Below, in pieces: positions 1-8,900 of a stretch of DNA of 64,000 nucleotides. The notes beneath the pieces are model-generated. The model saw only the letters and a list, made by a program, of their open reading frames with translations. It did not search any database and was not told where the DNA came from. The position numbers and the translations under genes are program-made. The DNA is from an uncultured Acidobacteriota bacterium. Its GTDB lineage: Bacteria; Acidobacteriota; Thermoanaerobaculia; Multivoradales; UBA5704. The stretch lies in NCBI GenBank assembly GCA_963795735.1, contig CAWCIU010000018.1, positions 1,602,262 through 1,666,261 of the forward strand, read 5' to 3'. Position 1 is the stretch's first letter; every line of letters starts with the position of its first letter.

Positions 1-729
1 GGATCAGCTCGAGGCCCTCGTCGCGCTGCGCCGCCGGGTCCTGCCGGATCCGCTCCTGGAGGCGCAGGTACTCCTGCTCGCTGAGCGGGTAGACGACGCG
101 GATCGGGTCGCACTGGGAGACGATGGCGAGCACCGTCGTGGGGCTCACCAGGTTGCCCACCTGCGCCTGGGCGGTGCCGGCGATGCCGGCGATCGGCGAG
201 GTCACGCGCGCCCAGCCGAGATTGAGCCGCGCCTGGTGCACGGCGGCGGCCTTGGCGTCCACCACCGCCCTGGCGGCGGCGGCGGACGACAGCGCGTTGT
301 CGAGCTCCTGCTGGCTGACCGCCTTCTGCGCCGCCAGCGGCCGGAAGCGGTTGACGTCCTGCTGGGCCTTCGAGAGCTGCGCCTGCGCCTGCGCCAGGTC
401 CCCTTGCGACTGCTGGAGCTGCGACTGCACCTGCCGGGCGTCGATCTCGAACAACAGGTCGCCCTGGCGCACGAAGCTCCCCTCGGCGTACACCCGCCGC
501 AGGAGATAACCGTCCACCTTCGGCCGGATCTCGGCGTTGATGTTTCCCGCGGTGGTGCCGATCCACTCCCTGTAGACCGGCACGTCCCGCTGCACGACCG
601 GGGTGACCACCACCGCCGGGGGCGGCTGCTGCGCCTGCGCAGGCGGCGTGGCGTCCTTGCCGTGACAGCCGGCCATCGTCGCGAAGGCGGCAAAGACGAC
701 CCCCGGCCCGACAATCGATAAAATCTTCA
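1..729 (-). CDS. RND/efflux periplasmic adaptor (membrane fusion protein, HlyD/AcrA family). The N-terminal 243 codons are in the window and the C-terminus lies beyond the edge.
   Basis: The reverse complement of 1-729 is an open frame (729 = 243 x 3) starting with ATG at 727-729. It translates as MKILSIVGPGVVFAAFATMAGCHGKD..., with a lipobox (AGC), then an MFP-like lipoyl half (VYREWIGTTAGNINAEIRPKVDGYLLRRVYAEGSFVRQGDLLFEID), then a long coiled coil (ARQVQSQLQQSQGDLAQAQAQLSKAQQDVNRFRPL), then ARLNLGWARVTSPIAGIAG. The ORF track does not list it because it runs off the edge. Confidence 0.75.
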
Positions 730-1072
730 TCCTTCGTCTCCTAAAGCATCGCCAGCCCAAAGGGTGAGCGCGGCCGGGTAAACCGGCCAGAAACCCTGGA
801 TCGCTGAATCCTTGGATCGAGCTCGAGGACGCTTCCCACTCACCCGGTTCAGGAGGAGCAAACGAACCGCCCCGGCTTGGGAGGCGATTCCTTCATATAT
901 GGACAATAAGCCTGGCGAGGAGATCTGTCAAGGGGCTTGGGCGGTGGAATCTCGCCAAGCGGCCCTTGACGCTGCGGGAAGACTGGCATACAAAGCAATG
1001 TGGGGAGATGGCCGGCGGTATGCCGGCTGAATCTCCGCCCTGGTTCAACCCTTTCGAGCCCAGAGGTGACCG

Positions 1073-1279
1073 ATGAAACGTATGAGACTGGCCTTCCTGA
1101 TGTTCTCGTTGCTCGTCGCGTTCGGTGTTCTCCCTTCCTGGACGGAGACCAAAGCCACGCCAGCCTGCGTCAAGGGCTGCAAGGACGCCAATCAGCAATG
1201 CGTGAAGGATACGGGCGACCACCCGCTCTGGGAAGCAGGTCACGCGTTCTGCATCGAGTGTTGCGTCGGCGGCTGTTGA
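1073..1279 (+). CDS. Small secreted cysteine-rich peptide (68 aa: signal peptide plus a mature region of about 40 aa with 7 Cys and a C-terminal CC-x3-C).
   Basis: The ORF track gives MKRMRLAFLMFSLLVAFGVLPSWTETKATPACVKGCKDANQQCVKDTGDHPLWEAGHAFCIECCVGGC. A GAGGTG Shine-Dalgarno lies 6 nt upstream of the ATG. The region sits between otherwise non-coding flanks. Confidence 0.6.
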   Translation: MKRMRLAFLMFSLLVAFGVLPSWTETKATPACVKGCKDANQQCVKDTGDHPLWEAGHAFCIECCVGGC

Positions 1280-1460
1280 GCGATGAGCTGAGGCTTCCCG
1301 CCCCCGTTGCCGTTCGTCAGCGGATAAGCGGCTGGTCGTCGTCACGACCTGAAGACTCCCCGAATTCAGCAGCACCGGCGAGGTCCGACCGTTTCGCCAT
1401 TAGGGCGGCACGTCTTCTGGGCCACGTCTTCTCCGGGGACCATGATTCAGGAAAGCTCCT

Positions 1461-1940
1461 CTATAGCTTCCTGATCAGGTCGGGCAGGGCCTCGTCTCTG
1501 CCTTTCGCAAAGAGAACGCTGTCGAGCGCCGCCCTTACATAGTTGCTTCTTTCTTTCCGTCGTTGCTCCTGGAGATAAAGGATCGCCGCCTTTCCCACAA
1601 TGTCGGCGACAGCCATCAGCGAGTAGCTTCTGACCAGGGGAGAGGGATGCCTCTCGGCCAGATCGCGAAGCCGTGGCACGCTCTGCTGGTCGCTCAAGCC
1701 GGCCAGAGATTCCGTGATCTCGGTGATGACAATCGGGTTGGGCTCTCTTGCCAGCCTGACCCGCAATTCCTCTGCGCCAAGGCGAGCCCGCCCAAGGGCC
1801 TGCGCTGCCGCCCATCGGACGATGACGGCCCTGTGATGCAGGAGAGACTTGACCTAGTCTGCCTGCCTCCGCAATGCGGCGGGCCCCATGCCTTCCAACA
1901 ACTTTGCCAGCGCATCAGGGTTTACCGGTCGTCTTGCCAT
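1461..1940 (-). pseudogene. HEAT/PBS-lyase-like repeat protein interrupted by an in-frame TAG.
   Basis: ATG at 1938-1940 (minus strand) opens MARRPVNPDALAKLLEGMGPAALRRQAD, then a TAG stop at about 1854-1856. The same frame then continues into the 101-aa ORF 1461-1766 (VKSLLHHRAVIVRWAAAQALGRARLGAEELRVRLAREPNPIVITE...SPLVRSYSLMAVADIVGK), which has HEAT-like repeats. This is either a point or assembly error, or a true pseudogene. Confidence 0.4.
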
Positions 1941-2097
1941 GCCGAGTCCTAACCTTCTCCACTATATAGAATCCAGCCCATGCTGCAATCCCGTCTGCGA
2001 CAGCCACCATAACAGCCTGTAGAACCCGACTAGAATTGCCTGGGATTGTGCCAATGCTTTAAGCGTAACGCCGATCTCGAAGCGAAGGTCCGAATTC

Positions 2098-2811
2098 TCA
2101 AGGCAAGGGAGTTCCGAGGACGTCGGCAAGGTACAGATAAGGACCGTGGTAATCCCGCCGGACCTCGCCGTACCAATGCGCGGCGGGTCGCTTCTCGCAC
2201 AGGAAGGCTCGTTGCTCTGGTGGCAAGCTCTTCAGTTGCACCCGGAATCGGCCATCACGGGCTCTGGCGGCGACAATAGTTCCGCTGGCTGAGCTCGAGC
2301 GCGCTCGACAAGAGCTCGGATGAAGAGAGCCAAAGATTGTCACTTTGGTCCCCAAGTATAAATCTTCATGCACTTTTACATACCACGGGTCGGTGAAGTC
2401 GTACCGGATGAATCGCCGCTCGTCCGTACAGGACCCCAGCCGACCCAGGAATGCGATCCGCTCGCGCAGCTTCCTGATGACGCAGTCACGGACGGCGGCG
2501 ACGTTCTGGCAGTTGTTCCGATCCCGGAGCCAGAACCGCTCCTCCGCACGAAATTCGGTCTGGGCCGCGCCAGAGCAGCTCAGATGTTTCCATTCTGTGT
2601 TGAGCTTATAGTCCAGCCGCCCCACCTCGGCATCGGCGCACACCAGGCCTTCGACCACTCCCTCTCCGCATCCAGGACGCCAAGGGATTTCCCTGTCGGT
2701 TACGGTGGTGCTCGCGCCGGACCCGCCGCCGTCTTGCGGCTTGGCGGTCGGAACGGCGACCAGGGCGGCGACGAGAGCCATCACGGCTATGGGAAGGAAT
2801 CGTTTCATCAT
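2098..2811 (-). CDS. Secreted DUF1311 (LprI lysozyme-inhibitor-like) domain protein, 237 aa.
   Basis: This is an internal start of track ORF 2098-3054. MMKRFLPIAVMALVAALVAVPTA is a signal peptide, preceded by a GAGGAGG Shine-Dalgarno. The DUF1311-like pattern is C..A...LD..LN..W....C.....FRAEERFWLRDRNNC. Confidence 0.55.
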   Translation of the reverse strand: MMKRFLPIAVMALVAALVAVPTAKPQDGGGSGASTTVTDREIPWRPGCGEGVVEGLVCADAEVGRLDYKLNTEWKHLSCSGAAQTEFRAEERFWLRDRNNCQNVAAVRDCVIRKLRERIAFLGRLGSCTDERRFIRYDFTDPWYVKVHEDLYLGTKVTIFGSLHPSSCRARSSSASGTIVAARARDGRFRVQLKSLPPEQRAFLCEKRPAAHWYGEVRRDYHGPYLYLADVLGTPLP

Positions 2812-3005
2812 GGCCTCCTCGGCGGGAAATCGCCTTTCATGGGAGCCATCATGACGTTCATAGAAGGAGAGAGTGTGAACGGGAAGTGAGCTGCCCGGAG
2901 GAAGCGGGAGATCCATGCACGAAGCACAACGCGGCCTGCGAGGGCGGGAGCAATATCCATTCGTATGGCACCTCGTTCGGCAGTCCTCTGTATTGGAGCT
3001 GCTGC

Positions 3006-3293
3006 TTAAGGTTCTGACGCAGATAGATACTCGGCATGCTTCCTGACAGCCCAATCCTTATATTCTTCGTAGCTAATCCAACCCCATAGTCGATCTTCGC
3101 TCGAGGGATTCAAATCCGTCCAATCAAGTTTCTCCTGTAGCTGACCAAAGAACTCGTAGTCGCTGTCAGACATTGCATCCTCGGGAATGCTTTCCAAATA
3201 GAAAGTGTAATATTGGGCATGGAACTGCGCGACAGACAAACCACCTGATACGAGATCGTCTATCATCTTCATCAAAGCGTCTCTATAATCCAT
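3006..3293 (-). CDS. Small acidic cytoplasmic protein (95 aa), possibly an orphan immunity protein.
   Basis: The ORF track gives MDYRDALMKMIDDLVSGGLSVAQFHAQYYTFYLESIPEDAMSDSDYEFFGQLQEKLDWTDLNP... It lies in a low-GC islet downstream of the Rhs CT/immunity array. It has no signal peptide and a very acidic composition, which is typical of immunity proteins. This is an inference. Confidence 0.45.
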   Translation of the reverse strand: MDYRDALMKMIDDLVSGGLSVAQFHAQYYTFYLESIPEDAMSDSDYEFFGQLQEKLDWTDLNPSSEDRLWGWISYEEYKDWAVRKHAEYLSASEP

Positions 3294-3548
3294 ATAGTCT
3301 CACTTTAAAGGAATAAGGCCTCCAGATTTATCCGCATTCTATTCCCGAAGTAATGAGCGTTCTTTCGAACTTCCCAGTCCGACGTATAATAGTGGACACC
3401 CCGATCACACCCCAAGAGGGGAAGAATAGAAATAAGGATGAGAGACATCCATGTCCTACTAAGACGTCCCAAAAGCCATCTCACTTGGCCACGAAATCGT
3501 GACGATGGTGCCCTTCTTCAGATTCCGGCAGATGAGACGGCGGCCATG

Positions 3549-4013
3549 TCAAATGCCCTCTCCAAGATAGGGAAACGCAAACCAGAACAGCCATGTTGCT
3601 AAGGTGAGTGCCAGCCAGAGTACCCTCCGAAGTGGAAGTGGCCACGGTGAAGCCCACCATTGCCACCAGAAATAGCCAAGAACGAGAACGTTCACACTAA
3701 TCATTGTAACTACATGCAAAGGACCCTGGAAAGTCAAACCTCTCGAACAATCAACCGTGAAATAAACCGCGCTCAGAGCAGTAATGGCGCCCAGAAACAA
3801 CCCTAAGCAAGCTCTTCCTATACGCGGACGACTGATCACAACTCCTACAAGTACAAGAGAGGCCAACGCCGCCACCACACATGTCCATTGTGGCCAGCCA
3901 CTCGAACGCAGGAAAAACTGCGTCATAGGATATGGCGACCATAGAGTTGGAACTCTGGCCGAAACTGCCAGCAGTGACGTTACAAAGAGCACGCCCATAC
4001 TGATAACCATGGG
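3549..4013 (-). CDS. Small polytopic membrane protein with 4-5 TM segments; start uncertain.
   Basis: Track ORF 3549-4091. The hydrophobic segments include VISMGVLFVTSLLAVSA, CVVAALASLVLVGVVI, ACLGLFLGAITALSAVYF, VVTMISVNVLVLGYFWWQWW and VLWLALTLATWLFWFAF. The start is probably an internal Met (MVISMG...). It is low-GC. Confidence 0.35.
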   Translation of the reverse strand, partial: PMVISMGVLFVTSLLAVSARVPTLWSPYPMTQFFLRSSGWPQWTCVVAALASLVLVGVVISRPRIGRACLGLFLGAITALSAVYFTVDCSRGLTFQGPLHVVTMISVNVLVLGYFWWQWWASPWPLPLRRVLWLALTLATWLFWFAFPYLGEGI

Positions 4014-4094
4014 CAAGGCTGTGGTGCTAGGTGAACCTTCGACAGGATTATGATTCTTGTTATAAGTCGTTATGGGGGTGGCACCACTCACCTG

Positions 4095-4517
4095 TCACTT
4101 CGTTCCAGCTCCGAGGTCGAGGCTGGAATGGTTTTGGTCCCTCTCCTGCGAGAGCAGACGATGGTTCCGTTTTACCCCGGCAACTTTCACGGATTGAGAC
4201 TCCTCATCCCAATACAGATACCTACAGTTTTTTTTACACCAACTTTTTACCTGCATAAAATCATACGCCGTATATTCATTTGGCAACAGCCCGAACGTAC
4301 TGGTATTCCCCCGTATTTCCAGGCCGGTGACTTTTCCAAAGAAGATAACCGCCCGCAAGTATTCGTCAGAATCAGACCGACCTTCTTTAACGGCATTATC
4401 GATTATTCTCTCATTTCGCCTCCACTCTGAAAATGCTTTATCATGGGATCTACTTGCGCTACAAGCCGCTATGGCAAGCGCGACAGCAAAGAGTGCGGAA
4501 AATTTCTTTAACAACAT
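4095..4517 (-). CDS. Lipoprotein (140 aa), the predicted immunity protein for the orphan Rhs C-terminal toxin. It is a paralog of the protein encoded at 5601-5993.
   Basis: MLLKKFSALFAVALAIAACSAS contains a lipobox. It shares motifs with the 5601-5993 product (TG.EIRGN.S.FG.L.N..TA.DF..V..W....R.YWDE.S.SVKV). It lies immediately downstream of the orphan CT (4531-5493), 14 nt away. Confidence 0.6.
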   Translation of the reverse strand: MLLKKFSALFAVALAIAACSASRSHDKAFSEWRRNERIIDNAVKEGRSDSDEYLRAVIFFGKVTGLEIRGNTSTFGLLPNEYTAYDFMQVKSWCKKNCRYLYWDEESQSVKVAGVKRNHRLLSQERDQNHSSLDLGAGTK

Positions 4518-4530
4518 GGGCGACTCCTTC

Positions 4531-5493
4531 CTATTGCCGCATTATCCTTACGATGTTCCCATTATTCCAGAATATCGTCACCGTGACCGTCTGGCTTCCC
4601 CTTGCGTGTGGCGTAACCGTAGTTCCGGTTCCGTTCACCAGATTACGTTGCGTTGGCCCCCTTTGAAATCCCGAGACGGCAGATTGGGCCCCACAAGCGA
4701 TTGCATGCGCAACGGCAAACTGCCGCCCTAAATCCACGTTTATGTTTACAAGTCCCATAGTTTGTTTAACCGTCTGCTCTGCAACTTCATGCGCAAGCAA
4801 CGAAAAACTGCTTGCCACAGGCCCCTTGCCCGCCGCGGCCAGATCTTGAGTATCAATCTTCTGAGCATCATAGCTTCCGACCAAAACGCCGGAATCTCCC
4901 GTCACGAGCCCAATTGCGATTGTCTGCTTACTACCAATTGCCTGCCCAAGAATACCCGCAAACGCTTCTTGCTCCGGAGTAGCACGACCTGCTTCTCCTG
5001 TCGCAACCAGACTTGCCTTCCCGGAATCATCGATTACAAGACGTACACCATGGAGCCCCTGATTAGCTATCTTCTCAATTTCCCTGAACTGTTGAGGGCT
5101 GCCGGTAAAAACAAGGATTTCTCCACTCGGATCAATGTCAACAGATGGTGAGTTCCGAACGTAGGAATATCTATTCCAGGATTGCGGCGAGCTAGGGTCA
5201 AAGCTCATTCCTGCTGGATCCACACTCAAAAACCGCCCCGTCACCGGGCTCTCATGCCGGGCATGCATGTAATCCAGATCATCCCCCGCTCCGGCCGGGC
5301 TTGCCAGGTCTCTTTCGTGCCCGGTGAACTTCATCCGTTCGGTGTCCTGGTTGAAGGCGGTGGCTTCTTCTCCGAAGGGGTAGTAGACGTGGTAGGCGAC
5401 GCGGTCTCCCGAGGCTCTTGTGATCAGGCGCAGGGTTCCCAGGTGGTCGAGGCGGAAGTGACGCTGGCCGGTCTGCGTCTCGGCGCACGACAA
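4531..5493 (-). CDS. Orphan Rhs C-terminal cassette: the RHS repeat-associated core tail (…DPSGE) plus a variable toxin domain, with no Rhs body and no credible start codon.
   Basis: Residues 5-125 (ETQTGQRHFRLDHLGT...YHVYYPFGEEATAFNQDTERMKFTGHERDLASPAGAGDDLDYMHARHESPVTGRFLSVDP...NRYSYVRNSPSVDIDPSGE) are nearly identical to Rhs residues 1524-1644. The CT domain (about 4531-5118) is a diverged homolog of the main Rhs CT, and both carry LAHEVAEQ. Nucleotide identity of about 93% to 6665-6955 ends abruptly at about 5486. Confidence 0.7.
   Translation of the reverse strand: MSCAETQTGQRHFRLDHLGTLRLITRASGDRVAYHVYYPFGEEATAFNQDTERMKFTGHERDLASPAGAGDDLDYMHARHESPVTGRFLSVDPAGMSFDPSSPQSWNRYSYVRNSPSVDIDPSGEILVFTGSPQQFREIEKIANQGLHGVRLVIDDSGKASLVATGEAGRATPEQEAFAGILGQAIGSKQTIAIGLVTGDSGVLVGSYDAQKIDTQDLAAAGKGPVASSFSLLAHEVAEQTVKQTMGLVNINVDLGRQFAVAHAIACGAQSAVSGFQRGPTQRNLVNGTGTTVTPHARGSQTVTVTIFWNNGNIVRIMRQ
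5200..5486. repeat. Direct repeat, about 93% nucleotide identity to 6665-6955, which is the DNA encoding the conserved RHS core.
   Basis: Manual alignment of 5218-5486 against 6680-6952 gave this identity. It is reflected in the near-identical shadow ORFs 5182-5589 and 6575-9106 on the plus strand (both read ...HTQKPPRH.ALMP.MHVIQI...). The similarity falls away toward the CT-encoding side. Confidence 0.7.
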
Positions 5494-5600
5494 TTTTACC
5501 GCAATCCGAGGCTTTTCAGCTGCCTGTTAGATCCTTTCGTCTATGGCCTGTACCTTATCACCTCTTGTTGTCCGGCTCTCACACCTTAACGTTCTCTGCA

Positions 5601-5993
5601 CTACCCTCTATCGCGAACCTTCACCGATTTAGACGCCTCATCCCAGTACAATCGATCGTGATTGACAGAGTACCATGCTTGTACCTTCTTAAAATCAACT
5701 GCGGTTTCTCTATTGGCCAGCCAGCCGAAGAAACTTCCATTGCCCCTAATTTCAATACCAGTTGTTTTTTCAAAAAACTTACACGCCCGACCGAATTCCT
5801 CGACAGAATAGCCTCGACCATTAAGAGCATTGGTCACGATTTTTTCGTTCTTGCGCCAGATTTCGTCAACGTTTACTGCGGGAGTTCTCTCATGCTGGAG
5901 AGAAGGATCCGAACGATTATTGGCTTTATCGCAACCGGGCAGCAAGAACAATCCGCCAACCAAGGTAACCTTAAAAAAACAACTAATTCTCAT
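5601..5993 (-). CDS. Lipoprotein (about 130 aa), the predicted cognate immunity protein of the Rhs toxin.
   Basis: This is the internal start MRISCFFKVTLVGGLFLLPGCDK of track ORF 5601-6029, with a lipobox. Its ATG overlaps the Rhs TGA stop (ATGA), indicating translational coupling. It is paralogous to the 4095-4517 product. Confidence 0.6.
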   Translation of the reverse strand: MRISCFFKVTLVGGLFLLPGCDKANNRSDPSLQHERTPAVNVDEIWRKNEKIVTNALNGRGYSVEEFGRACKFFEKTTGIEIRGNGSFFGWLANRETAVDFKKVQAWYSVNHDRLYWDEASKSVKVRDRG

Positions 5994-8900
5994 TGGCGAA
6001 GCACTCCCGTCAAGTTTCCGTTCTGCCAAAACGTGATCACTACGATCGTATGACCGCCTTGCTCCTGTCGCGTTACAATGACTCCATTCAAGGGTCCACT
6101 TGGCGGCAAACCATTGTGGGAAGCTCCTCGATGATAGCCGGAAACTGCACTTTGAGCCGCATTTCCATAGCTATGTGCCCTGTCAAAGTCACTCCTGGTA
6201 TTAGCCAAGTGATTAAATTGCTTGAAGCTCTGCTCTGCCACCTCATGAGCTAACACAGATTGGCTACTCAATCCTGGACCTGGATTTATAGCAGTAAGAT
6301 CCTTGACATCGAGTTTGCCAGATCTATATTCGCCAAATAAGACTCCCCTATCGCCATCAACAAGCTGGATCCCAACCGTGCGCGTGTCGTTGATAGCGTG
6401 TTCCAAAACGGACTTAAGCGCAGCTTGCGCCGGAGTAGCAGCACCACCCTCTCCAGTCGTCTGCAGAGTGGCCTTACCCGAGGCATCGATCACAAGCCTG
6501 ACGCCATGGAGTCCAGAATTTGCAATGCTTTCTAGCTGACGATATTCGGCCTCTGTACCCGTAAAAACAAGCACTTGGCCAGTGGGGTCAACAGAATTCA
6601 GCGAACGATTTTGTACATACGAGTAGCGGTTGATAGATTGTGGAGACTTCGAATCGAAACTCTCTTTTGCTGTGTCCACACTCAAAAACCGCCCCGTCAC
6701 TGGGCTCTCATGCCGAGCATGCATGTAATCCAGATCGTCCCCCGCCCCTGCCGGGCTGGCAAGATCTCTCTCATGCCCGGTGAACTTCATCCGCTCGGTG
6801 TCCTGGTTGAAGGCGGTGGCTTCTTCTCCGAAGGGGTAATAGACGTGATAGGCGACGCGGTCTCCCGAGCCCCGGGTGATCAGGCGCGGGGTTCCCAGGT
6901 GGTCGAGGTGGAAGTGGCGCTGGCCGGTCTGCGTCTCGGCGGCGAGGAGAAGGCCGTCGCGGTAGAGGTAGTCCGTGCCTACGCTCCAGGTGCCGGCGTT
7001 GTTCAGGTAGTCCCGGAGAACCTTGCCGCCGAGATCCCGCACGGTCCAGTGGGAGAGGTTCCGCGCCGTGTCGTAGGACCAGATCCGCTCGTCATCAGCG
7101 GTGTAGAGATAGGCCCAGTTCTCGGCGCCGGAGACCATCTGGGTCATCTGGTTGAAATGGTCGTAGGTGTAGGACGCGCCGTTCCAGTTGGTCAGGTTGC
7201 CCGCGGCGTCGTAGACCGCGGCTCCGCTCAGGCGGTTCGTCTGCGAGCTGGTGGGCGTCGCGCGACCGCTGGTGCCGCCGATGCTCTGGAGGTTGCCGAA
7301 GGCGTCGAAGGCGTAGCTCTGCTGTTTCTGGTTGCCCGCTCCCGTAGGACCGTCGAAGAGGGTGGACGAGACCAGGCGGCTCACCGCGTCGTAGGTGAAC
7401 CAGGAGGTGCCGATCGCCTTGACGTTGCCCGCACCGTCGTAGGAATAGCTGCCCGAGTTCCAGCTCGCCCAGGGACCCGAGGCGGCGAGCGAGGAGGGGC
7501 GGCGCATCTCGTTCGGATCGTTGCCCTGGGTTTCGGTCACGCCGTTGCCGTGCGCGATCTGGCTCACCAGCAGGTTCGGATAATAAGCGATCGTCCCGTA
7601 GGTCGTCGCGCCGCTGGCGACGCCGGTCAGCAATCCTTGCGTGTAGGCGAGTTGGACGCTGCGCGCGGTATTCGGATCGGTGGCGACCGGGATGTCGAAG
7701 GTCCGGGCGAGATAGCCCGCCATCTGCGCCCGGGTGAGCGGATTTCCAGGACAGAAGTTCCCGCCGCCGCAACCGGTCATGATTCCCCGCCGCGAGACCT
7801 CGGCGATCTGCGCCGCGTCCCAGTAGGCGCAGTTGACGTCCAGGAAAGGTCCGGCGCCGGTGCAGGCCGGCGGCACGTAGCTCGTGCCCTCCTTGCTGCG
7901 CAGCAGGAAGGCCGCCATCTCCGCGTTGATCACCTGGTTGTCCGGGCAATAGCGCAGCGGGTTGGCGGCGCAGCCGGTGGTGATCCCCCGCCGGTAGATC
8001 TCTTCGATCCAGGCCGCGGCCCATTGAGTGCAGGGCACGTCGGCGAAAATGGGCGCCTGGCAGTTCGGCGCCGGCGGCGTGTAGCCGGGAGCGGAGGATG
8101 CGCGGATCAGAAACGCCGCCATTTCGGACCGAGTAATCGTGTTGTCCGGGCAGAAGCGCAACGGATTGGTGTTGCAGCCGGTAGTGACTCCAGCCGCGTA
8201 GATACCCTCGATCTCGCGCTGCGCCCAGTAGCCGACCGGCGCGTCCGCGAAGACGGCCGGCGCCGGCTGGGTGCAGCCCGCGTGGGTGCAGCGCGGGTAA
8301 TCCAGATTGCTCACCAATCCCAGGTCGTTATAGGTGAAGCCTTGAGTGAACGACTCCCCCGGCACGGTATCGGTCGTCGCCTGCGTGTCACGTTGGGAAA
8401 CCCGGCCGTCCCGGCCACCATAGGTGTAAGTCTCGGTGATCTGAACGGTGTGCGCTGCTCCGCTGAGCGCCACGTAGTTGTAGCGGCTCGCCTGCCGCAG
8501 CTTGCCCTGGCTCCAGTCGTTGGAGCCGTTGGCGCTGGCGTAGGTGAACGCCTTGAGGAGCCGGCTGGAGCCGCCTGTCTCCTGGACCTGGAAGAGCCGC
8601 TCGGCCGGGTCATAGCTGAACGTCAGATCGTTCGGACCATCGACTTTCCGCAGAGCGTGCCCGTGAGAATCGTAGCGCGGATAGCTCACCGCTCCATTCC
8701 CGGACGCTCCCTTCTCCGGATGGGTCTCCGACTGGAGCAGGCCCGCCCGGTCGTAGCTGAAGTTGCGCGTCTGGGTAACGGAAGCGGCGGTCGTCGAGAC
8801 GGAGGCGAGCCGGTTGCCCACGTCGTAGCCGTAGAAGGTGGTCACGTTCGCCCCGCCACTGCCGGAGGGCTCGGCGACCGAGGCGAGCCGGCCGTGGCGG

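Noticed and set aside
3481-3666. A 61-aa minus-strand ORF overlapping the 3' end of the membrane-protein gene.
   Set aside because: It is fully nested in another frame of 3549-4091 and has no independent support.
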